From: a virus
IMG/VR virus record: IMGVR_UViG_3300045988_165705
Direction: 5' to 3' (one strand)
DNA: 64,000 bases
Positions 36,320 through 42,878 of this stretch are shown piece by piece (the first letter of the stretch is position 1; every line of letters begins with the position of its first letter). The notes below the pieces were generated by a model. It had not been told where the DNA came from. It did no database searches and saw nothing but the letters and a program-made list of their open reading frames with translations. Both the position numbers and the translations under genes were made by a program.

Positions 36320-36997
36320 ATGGCAATGGATTTGTCCAAAAGCTACGAGTATTTCCAGCCTGAAAAGGTAGAGGCTCGCATCAATATCGTCGGATGCGGT
36401 TCTGTCGGCGCAACGCTGGCAGAGAACCTTGTCCGTCTTGGCATTACCAATCTCGCTCTGTGGGATATGGATGTCGTGAATCCGCATAATCTGGCAAATC
36501 AGATTTTCCGTCAGCAGGATATTGGCCGCCCCAAGGTGGAAGCATTGGCAGATATCCTGTTTGAAATCAATCCTGAAATCAAGGATGACCTCAAGCTTTA
36601 TGCCAAGGGGTGGAGCGGGCAGCAGCTCTCCGGATATGTCTTCCTTTGCGTAGACAATATCGAACTGCGCCGCCAGATTGTTGAAAAGCACTTCGACAAT
36701 CCCTATGTCAAAGCGATGCTGGATTTCCGCACTCTGCTGGAATCTGCGCAGCATTATGCTGCTGACTGGTCTGACTACAAGATGAAGAAAGACCTGCTGA
36801 ACTCCATGAGCTTCAGTCATGAAGAAGCAGCCGAGGAAACGCCAGTCTCCGCTTGCGGCATTACGCTGGGTGTCGCCCCCACCGTCAGAGCTATCTGCGC
36901 ACTTGGCGTTGCCAACTTTGTCAACTTCATTCGTGGAAAAGGATTGAAAAAGCTTATCATTCTGGATGCGTTCAACTTTATGTTGGACGCTTTTTAA
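36320..36997 (+). CDS. ThiF/MoeB/E1-like adenylyltransferase (minimal)
   Basis: 'INIVGCGSVGATLAENLVRLG' (GxGxxG Rossmann) and 'WDMDVVNPHNLANQIF'. Overlaps the JAB gene stop. Confidence 0.8.
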   Translation: MAMDLSKSYEYFQPEKVEARINIVGCGSVGATLAENLVRLGITNLALWDMDVVNPHNLANQIFRQQDIGRPKVEALADILFEINPEIKDDLKLYAKGWSGQQLSGYVFLCVDNIELRRQIVEKHFDNPYVKAMLDFRTLLESAQHYAADWSDYKMKKDLLNSMSFSHEEAAEETPVSACGITLGVAPTVRAICALGVANFVNFIRGKGLKKLIILDAFNFMLDAF

Positions 36998-37031
36998 TCA
37001 GCAATGAAAAACGAAAGGAGGGCGGTGCATT

Positions 37032-37841
37032 ATGGATACTACCGTCGAACGCCTTAAGGTCGGGACACCGGTCATCATTGGTTCTTACGGTGTCAACAAC
37101 GATGAGCCGCACCCTGTTGTTTGGCTGAAAGGTAGTCCAAACTGCGATTTTATCACCGAGTGCGCCGTGGATTATCTTTGCTTTGATGCACCGGAAAGAA
37201 CTGGAGACGGCAGGTGCAATCTTGGCAATCCCGACTATCGTCTGTCCAATATTCATACATACCTAAACAGCGACAGAGACGATTGGTTTCGCAAAACTCA
37301 TGAAGCAGATGCCCCTCCGAATAATGTTTTCAGCAACCGAGCACAAAGCTATCGCAACCATTATGGGTTTCTATATTTCTTTGAAGATTATGAACTCGAT
37401 AGCTTGCAGATGCAGCAGTATGTGGTTGATGGTGAGACGCTCAGTTCCATCATTCGACTTCCTACTATCACCGATATCCTTGATGACCAGTTGAAGCTGA
37501 AGCTGTTTTCCAAGAAGGGTATTCGTCCCAAAGCAACAGAAGACTGTGCTGATAAAAAAGGCCGGTTTGGTAATTTCAGTTGGGAGTCTTACATGAACTT
37601 CTGGTTGGCAGGCAAGCAGGATGAATTCAGAGGCTATGCTTTGACTCTTAGTAGGTCTGGGTATTGTGAGAGGAAATATCCCCGTGACTGTGCGGGGCTT
37701 AGGCCGATGTGCCGGTTGAAACCGGAAACAGTGGTAGAGGTTGATGAAAACGGCGTAGCCCACATCAAACCATACGCATTGAAAAACGAAACCTGCACAG
37801 ATGCAGAACTGTTCGAGCTATTAGGTGTGGCGCAGCCTTAA
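37032..37841 (+). CDS. DUF6273-like protein (divergent paralog)
   Basis: 'PVVWLKGS', 'SNIHTYLNS', 'NFWLAG' and 'CAGLRPMCRL' follow the same layout as 32160..32819. AAAGGAGGG RBS. Confidence 0.5.
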   Translation: MDTTVERLKVGTPVIIGSYGVNNDEPHPVVWLKGSPNCDFITECAVDYLCFDAPERTGDGRCNLGNPDYRLSNIHTYLNSDRDDWFRKTHEADAPPNNVFSNRAQSYRNHYGFLYFFEDYELDSLQMQQYVVDGETLSSIIRLPTITDILDDQLKLKLFSKKGIRPKATEDCADKKGRFGNFSWESYMNFWLAGKQDEFRGYALTLSRSGYCERKYPRDCAGLRPMCRLKPETVVEVDENGVAHIKPYALKNETCTDAELFELLGVAQP

Positions 37842-37853
37842 AATGCGCCATTG

Positions 37854-38177
37854 AACTGTAACGAATTACCCTTTTCGGGGGCTTCACGCCAAAGGCTGAA
37901 GTAACAAATTGTCGGGGAGGAAAACACCGCCTGCCCAGAAGGGTAACCAGCGACTCCTCCGGAGTCATCAGGTGCTTTGGACATCCACCAGGAAACCAAC
38001 AGCCGGAATAGCACAGCAGACCTGGCTTGTCAAGTCCTATCCTTCACAAAACCCACCCAAATCACGACAATTATCCTCAACTCAACTAAAAAGATACAGG
38101 CAAATGCAGCTCACTCAGCTCGCTGCAGATGAGCTTCTTTTGATTCAAACGCAGCAACACTCATGTAGGTTACAGTT
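37854..38177 (+). ncRNA. structured RNA module A (retron msr-msd-like layout)
   Basis: Closing helix aactgtaac/gttacagtt. G follows the 5' strand. Hairpin ccc-ttttc-ggg. Hairpin cttca-CGCCAAAGGC-tgaag, then TAACAAATTGTCGGGGA. TGTAGGTT precedes the 3' strand. No ORF. Confidence 0.55.
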
Positions 38178-38204
38178 ACGACTATGAAAAGGAGGCATAG
38201 GGCG

Positions 38205-39341
38205 ATGGTATATATCACGGTCATGCAATCCCCGATTTATCACCAAATGACACTGGAAGAGTTCCTCTTTCAAAACTTCCAAGCGCCAACCATATTAAAC
38301 ACAAATGTTTCTAATACACGAACCTATGCATATGAAACGGTAAGTGAGCATTTCACAAGCCGCATTGATACGAACGCTCTTATCTGCAAACTGGTGCGCT
38401 TTAATGAGCAAACGGAGGCGCTTCGCGCACAGGAACGCAGTACTTTGTATGAAACATTCCACATCCCCAAAAAGTCTGGTGGTTTGCGTCGTATTGATGC
38501 TCCTAAACCGGAGCTGATGAACGCATTGCGGAATCTCAAGACTATTTTTGAAGAAGATTTCCATGCATTGTATCACACTTCTGCATTCGCCTATGTAAAA
38601 AACAGATGTACGGTTGATGCGGTCAAGCGCCATCAGAAAAACAACAGCAAATGGTTCGGCAAGCTGGATTTGCACGATTTCTTTGGTAGCACCACGCTGG
38701 ATTATGTTATCAAAATGTTTTCTATGGTGTTCCCATTCAGCGAAATCGTAAAGTTTCCCAACGGCGAGGCAGAGTTGCGGAAGGCCTTGGATTTGGCTTT
38801 TCTCAATGGAGGTCTGCCGCAGGGAACTCCACTTTCTCCGCTGATTACCAATGTGATGATGATTCCTGTTGACTATAAGCTTGCCAATGCATTCCGTGAT
38901 TTTGACAAGCAGCGGTTCATTTACACCAGATATGCCGATGACTTCATCATTTCGTCTAAGGTTGATTTCGATGTGCATCGTGTAGAAAAACTCGTGGTGG
39001 ATACGCTGCATGAATTTGGAGCGCCGTTCACCATCAACGAAAGCAAAACGAGATACGGCTCTTCCGCAGGTCGTAACTGGAATCTTGGTGTTATGCTCAA
39101 CAAGGACAATGAAATTACTGTCGGCCATAAGAAGAAGCGCCAGTTCCAGTCCATGCTTTACAACTACATTACCGATAAACGCAAGGGCATCTCGTGGCCG
39201 AGAGAAGATGTGCAAACTATGCAGGGCTTACATAGCTACTATCGCATGGTAGAGCCGGAGACTATCGATGCCATCGTGAAGCACACCAACGAAAAAATGG
39301 AGACAGATGTCCTGCGGCTTATCAAAGACGATTTAAGATAA
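38205..39341 (+). CDS. reverse transcriptase (stand-alone; retron/DRT/Abi-like, not assigned)
   Basis: 'FHIPKKSGGLRRIDAP', 'LPQGTPLSPLITN', 'YTRYADDFIIS', 'NLGVMLN'. No maturase or endonuclease extension. Alternative start at ATG 38184. Confidence 0.85.
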   Translation: MVYITVMQSPIYHQMTLEEFLFQNFQAPTILNTNVSNTRTYAYETVSEHFTSRIDTNALICKLVRFNEQTEALRAQERSTLYETFHIPKKSGGLRRIDAPKPELMNALRNLKTIFEEDFHALYHTSAFAYVKNRCTVDAVKRHQKNNSKWFGKLDLHDFFGSTTLDYVIKMFSMVFPFSEIVKFPNGEAELRKALDLAFLNGGLPQGTPLSPLITNVMMIPVDYKLANAFRDFDKQRFIYTRYADDFIISSKVDFDVHRVEKLVVDTLHEFGAPFTINESKTRYGSSAGRNWNLGVMLNKDNEITVGHKKKRQFQSMLYNYITDKRKGISWPREDVQTMQGLHSYYRMVEPETIDAIVKHTNEKMETDVLRLIKDDLR

Positions 39342-39348
39342 TCCCTTT

Positions 39349-39370
39349 GGCGGTTTGGGGTTAAACCGCC
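39349..39370 (+). terminator. hairpin after the RT stop
   Basis: ggcggttt-ggggtt-aaaccgcc. Weak T-tract (attt). Confidence 0.35.
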
Positions 39371-39372
39371 AT

Positions 39373-39646
39373 TTCCTGTAATGGATAATTGCGAAAGCAA
39401 TGCTTATCGCCAAAGGCATAAGTAACAACTTGCTGGGAAGGAACACCCCGCCTCTTCCTGAAGACCGGCTGCCGACGCGGCTGCGACCCAATCGGGCTCG
39501 GCATCAAGCATGGAAAATAGAGTCAACGGTCATTGCGGCACAATGAATCCCACACCAGCAGAGAATTAAAATAGGAACTAACCGCACCTGCAATGCGCTC
39601 CAGGCGCCTCGCATCCGGCACGCTTATCCTATGTAGATTACAGGAA
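39373..39646 (+). ncRNA. structured RNA module B
   Basis: Closing helix ttcctgtaat/attacaggaa. GG follows the 5' strand. Hairpin ttgc-gaaa-gcaa. Hairpin cttat-CGCCAAAGGC-ataag, then TAACAACTTGCTGGGAA. TGTAGATT precedes the 3' strand. Confidence 0.55.
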
Positions 39647-39654
39647 CACCAAAA

Positions 39655-39959
39655 TCATTTGCAATGAATAACATCCCGAAAGGAATGTGCTTTGCGCCAA
39701 AGGCCAAAGTAACAATTTGTTGGGAAAGCAAAGGCCGCCCGCCACGAAGGCGGAACGAAGGTTCAGGACTCATCGCCGAAGAGATACACCTCGGTAGAAA
39801 CCGAGCAGCAAAAGCACGAGATATAGCAAGGTCGATAAACCACTGAGCCACAGGCGCTTCCCCACATTACCAAATTCCCGTGGAAACCACCGACCCGAGC
39901 AGCCGGGCCGTCGTCCGGTACCGGTCTCCAGGTACACGCTCCGTGTAGATTGCAAATGA
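39655..39959 (+). ncRNA. structured RNA module C
   Basis: Closing helix tcatttgcaat/attgcaaatga. G follows the 5' strand. Hairpin tcc-cgaaa-gga. Hairpin ctttg-CGCCAAAGGC-caaag, then TAACAATTTGTTGGGAA. TGTAGATT precedes the 3' strand. Confidence 0.55.
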
Positions 39960-39977
39960 AGAAAGGAATCAGATTCC

Positions 39978-40679
39978 ATGATATATGTAACAGGCGATAC
40001 TCACGCCAATATCGACATTGAAAAGCTCAATACAACAAAGTTCCCGCAGCAGAAAAACCTGACAAAGGATGACTACCTGATAATATGTGGTGACTTTGGA
40101 TTGTGCTGGGACGGCTCACGCAGAGAAATGTGGTGGCAGGACTGGCTCGCAGCCAAAAATTTCACCACCCTTTGGATTGATGGAAACCACGAAAACTTTG
40201 ATATGCTCTACGAGTTCCCGTTAGAGGATAAGTTCGGTGGCAAAGTCAGGCAAATTGCACCTGACATTTATCATCTGGATAGAGGTCAGGTTCTTGCCAT
40301 CAATGGTAAGAAAATCTTCTGTATGGGCGGCGCCCGCTCGGTGGACAAAGCGTATCGCACGGAGCATATTTCATGGTGGCAGCAGGAGATGCCGTCAAAT
40401 GAGGAGATGGAGCGTGCAGTTTGTGCTCTGGAGCAGAACAACTGGACAGTTGATTATGTTGTAACGCACTGCGCTCCCCGCAGCATCCAGACAATGCTGG
40501 CAAGTTGGTATGAAAACGACCCGATGGTCAGTTTTTTGGAACGCATTCGTCAAGACCTTCGTTTCAAGCGGTGGTATTTCGGCCACTACCATGTGGACAA
40601 ACAACTCAATGACCAGTTTGTTGCCCTGTACAATCGGGTAATCCCGATTTCAGATATGCAGATGTGGCGGAATAGGTAG
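39978..40679 (+). CDS. metallophosphoesterase
   Basis: 'VTGDTHAN', 'ICGDFG', 'IDGNHENF', 'THCAP', 'GHYHVD'. Confidence 0.8.
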   Translation: MIYVTGDTHANIDIEKLNTTKFPQQKNLTKDDYLIICGDFGLCWDGSRREMWWQDWLAAKNFTTLWIDGNHENFDMLYEFPLEDKFGGKVRQIAPDIYHLDRGQVLAINGKKIFCMGGARSVDKAYRTEHISWWQQEMPSNEEMERAVCALEQNNWTVDYVVTHCAPRSIQTMLASWYENDPMVSFLERIRQDLRFKRWYFGHYHVDKQLNDQFVALYNRVIPISDMQMWRNR

Positions 40680-41061
40680 ACGCTACAAATTACAGACAGG
40701 ATGCCGACCTCTCAAATGGCGGAGACCGATGCGCTGTAAGGTCATGCGGGGTGCAAATCCCCGCCATCTGCGCTACCGGCATGGCATTGCCGTGGGAAGG
40801 ACATAATGTTTCTCCAGAATTATGCCGGTGTGCCGACACATAGAAAGCGGCTGGGCAATGCGGAGCCTGTAGAGACAAAATCCGTAGAATATTGAAGCGG
40901 CAGGCGTTCCGTCATGCGTTTACCGTGGAGTTCCAAAGGGTTGTGCGTATTCCTCAAGGCGGATAGGTGAGAGCCAAAAGAAAACGCACTGCAGATACAG
41001 ACCTGCGTTACCAAAGGTGTCGCGCTGGCAGACCGCAAGTTCGCAATAGTCTGCCACTTAT

Positions 41062-41139
41062 ACGGGCGAATGTTCCAAGGCTGGCGAGGCGGTCTCCAAA
41101 ACCGCTTGTGGTGGGTTCGATTCCCAACCGTCCATGCCA
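41062..41139 (+). tRNA. tRNA-Trp (CCA) candidate with a degenerate D arm
   Basis: Anticodon arm GCGGT-CTCCAAA-ACCGC, T loop TTCGATT, acceptor ACGGGCG/CGTCCAT (6 of 7 pairs, A1-U72), discriminator G, CCA. The D stem is poorly paired. Confidence 0.45.
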
Positions 41140-41328
41140 GAGGCTGGGTAGCGCCCAGATGATGTGAGAGATTATCGGCTTACCTCACAGAGAATGACAA
41201 TGCCCGCTGAAAACTGCGCGAGGAGATGCGTCTCCCTTGTGATTTAGCCCAAGAGTGGCCGGTTGGTATGCTTGCGGGGCGCCAGCTGCACATGAGCGTG
41301 TGACAATCTAAGCGGGAAGCCGACCAAT

Positions 41329-41404
41329 GCTGGAATAGCTCAATTGGTAGAGCAACGCTCTCGTACAGCGTAGGTTCTCGGTTCGACTCCGAGTTCCAGC
41401 TCCA
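41329..41404 (+). tRNA. tRNA-Thr (CGT)
   Basis: Acceptor GCTGGAA/TTCCAGC, anticodon arm ACGCT-CTCGTAC-AGCGT, T arm CTCGG-TTCGACT-CCGAG, CCA. Confidence 0.85.
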
Positions 41405-41407
41405 TTT

Positions 41408-41483
41408 GCTGGTGTAGCTCAGTTGGTAGAGCATCGGTTTTGTACTCCGAGGGTCGCGGGTTCGAGCCCTGTCACCAGCTCCA
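41408..41483 (+). tRNA. tRNA-Thr (TGT)
   Basis: Acceptor GCTGGTG/CACCAGC, loop TTTGTAC, T arm GCGGG-TTCGAGC-CCTGT, CCA. One T-T mismatch at the loop end of the anticodon stem. Confidence 0.8.
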
Positions 41484-41506
41484 CAAAACATATGGGAGGA
41501 TTGGTA

Positions 41507-41998
41507 ATGTATCTGTATCATGGCACCCCAGTTTCATTTACTGCACCGTCCTTATCTTTTTGCAAGCCGTACCGTGATTTCGGGTGCGGCTTTTACCTTA
41601 CCCCAAACTATTTTGACGCATTACCGATGGCAATTAAGCACTCAACCGCAGGTTTCATCCAGACATATACCGTAAAGGATTTGGATGGTCTATCGGTGTT
41701 AGAGTTTGCGGGCTACTCCGAAGCATGGCTGCGGTTTGCTGTAGCATCTCGGCTGGGCTATACTTCCACTGAGTATGATTTGGTTATTGGTAATATGGCT
41801 GGCGGCGGAGCAAACCTCAAAAGCAAGTTTTCTAAATTTAGACGGGCAAGTATGTCCATAGCAGAGGTCATGTCAATAATGAAGCACGACCTCACCAGCA
41901 CTAATCTTGGATTGCAGTATGCGTTTTTGACAGAAAAGGCACTATCCAAATTAACATTGATTGATACCGAAATGGTAGAAAGGGAGGATGCAGTATGA
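41507..41998 (+). CDS. DUF3990-like protein
   Basis: Start set at MYLYHGT (GGGAGG RBS) because the ORF-track start overlaps the tRNAs. 'LYHGT...YRDFGCGFYLT' matches the family pattern I recall. Confidence 0.6.
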   Translation: MYLYHGTPVSFTAPSLSFCKPYRDFGCGFYLTPNYFDALPMAIKHSTAGFIQTYTVKDLDGLSVLEFAGYSEAWLRFAVASRLGYTSTEYDLVIGNMAGGGANLKSKFSKFRRASMSIAEVMSIMKHDLTSTNLGLQYAFLTEKALSKLTLIDTEMVEREDAV

Positions 41999-42534
41999 CA
42001 AGAAATGATTTCCTTAACGATGTAACCGAATGGTGGGAGTTGCTTGATTTCTGCTCCGACGAGGGCTGCAATATCTGCGAAGACATTATCGACTCTGACC
42101 AGCTTGACGAGTATGTCGAGGAAGATATCCGCGAAACCAATTACTCATGGAGAGACATTCGAGACTCGCTTTCCGAAATCCAAACCGGATATGGTTACTA
42201 CCGTATGAACGGCAGCTTCGACTATGACGGTATGGACGAAAATGACTTTGACAGTTATAAGGAGGATGTCCTGGAGTGGGGCGACAACAACGGTGTTTGG
42301 GAAGATGAGCCTGATGACGAGGACGATTTCGATACCGACACCATGTTTAATGAAGAAGAGTCTGAACCGGATGAGCCTCCTGTGGAGGAAGAAGACTTTT
42401 CCATCGGTGAACTGATGGGTTTCTGCGGCGTTGTCCTTTTGGATATCCGCCGAGAGGAAGCTGCTGAACGGGCAAGAGAAGACGAGGCGTTGAATCAACT
42501 TATTAACGCCAATCGACCGAGGATTCTTCACTAA
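41995..42534 (+). CDS. highly acidic hypothetical protein
   Basis: 179 aa. 'EDEPDDEDDFDTDTMFNEEESEPDEPPVEEEDF'. ATGA overlap with the upstream gene. Confidence 0.7.
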   Translation: MTRNDFLNDVTEWWELLDFCSDEGCNICEDIIDSDQLDEYVEEDIRETNYSWRDIRDSLSEIQTGYGYYRMNGSFDYDGMDENDFDSYKEDVLEWGDNNGVWEDEPDDEDDFDTDTMFNEEESEPDEPPVEEEDFSIGELMGFCGVVLLDIRREEAAERAREDEALNQLINANRPRILH

Positions 42535-42545
42535 CTTTGTTCTTA

Positions 42546-42566
42546 AGCGAAAAAATCTTTCGCTTT
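42546..42566 (+). terminator. hairpin after the acidic-protein gene
   Basis: agcgaaa-aaatc-tttcgct followed by ttc. Confidence 0.4.
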
Positions 42567-42572
42567 CGATAT

Positions 42573-42805
42573 GACCGCTTTGTAGATTTTCCGCACATAC
42601 ATACCCCCTTCTCCGTGCGGTATCTTCTCGCTCAAAGCAGAAGAAACACTTTGCGTTCTTCATTTTTAACTTCGGATTTAGCCAGTATTAAAAAGATTAT
42701 CCAGCGGATAATCATTTTAATACAGCCAAAATCTCTCGTTAAAAATGTCACTTGATGCACAGGGTCGCGCCACAGTACAAACGCGCTCCCCTGCGGAAAG
42801 CGGTC
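42573..42805 (+). ncRNA. structured RNA module P (same family, subfamily 2)
   Basis: Closing helix gaccgcttt/aaagcggtc. 5' strand followed by GTAGATTT. Hairpin ccgcac...gtgcgg. Hairpin cttct-CGCTCAAAGC-agaag. Long hairpin gattatcc-agc-ggataatc. Confidence 0.5.
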
Positions 42806-42811
42806 GGATAC

Positions 42812-42840
42812 AGGTAAAGGGGCGCAAGCCCCTTTTACCT
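42812..42840 (+). terminator. strong hairpin between module P and rtcB
   Basis: ggtaaaggggc-gcaa-gccccttttacc (one bulge), about 35 nt before the rtcB RBS. Confidence 0.55.
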
Positions 42841-42878
42841 GAACAGGACTATATACCAAGCCAAAGGAGGGCGATAAA

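Noticed and set aside
37854-39959. Group II intron or diversity-generating retroelement as the explanation for the RT locus.
   Set aside because: The flanks lack a GUGYG 5' end and a domain V/VI-like hairpin. The RT lacks a maturase/X extension. There is no template/variable repeat pair differing at adenines and no Avd-like gene. Similarity among the modules is confined to short structural motifs.
40697-40771. An additional tRNA around the T-arm-like hairpin CGGGG-TGCAAAT-CCCCG.
   Set aside because: No acceptor-stem complement, no 7-nt anticodon loop at the right spacing and no CCA. It is kept only as a tRNA-like fragment in a finding.
41108-41139. tmRNA 3' end (GTGGGTTCGATTCCCAACCGTCCATGCCA resembles ssrA termini).
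   Set aside because: It is preceded by a canonical anticodon arm (CTCCAAA) at tRNA spacing. No GGGG...5' partner, tag ORF or pseudoknots are present. It is better explained as a degenerate tRNA-Trp.
42573-42590. The TTGTAGAT(T) motif (also at 56361, 38163, 39632, 39944) as a Cas12a-type crRNA repeat end.
   Set aside because: There is no complementary UCUAC 5' half, no repeat-spacer periodicity and no cas12 gene.
42573-42805. Y RNA (YrlA-like) upstream of rtcB, by analogy with rsr-yrlA-rtcBA operons.
   Set aside because: The module has no tRNA-like T-arm (GGTTCGAAYC) and no Ro60/TROVE gene is visible in the window. The architecture matches the RT-associated family instead.
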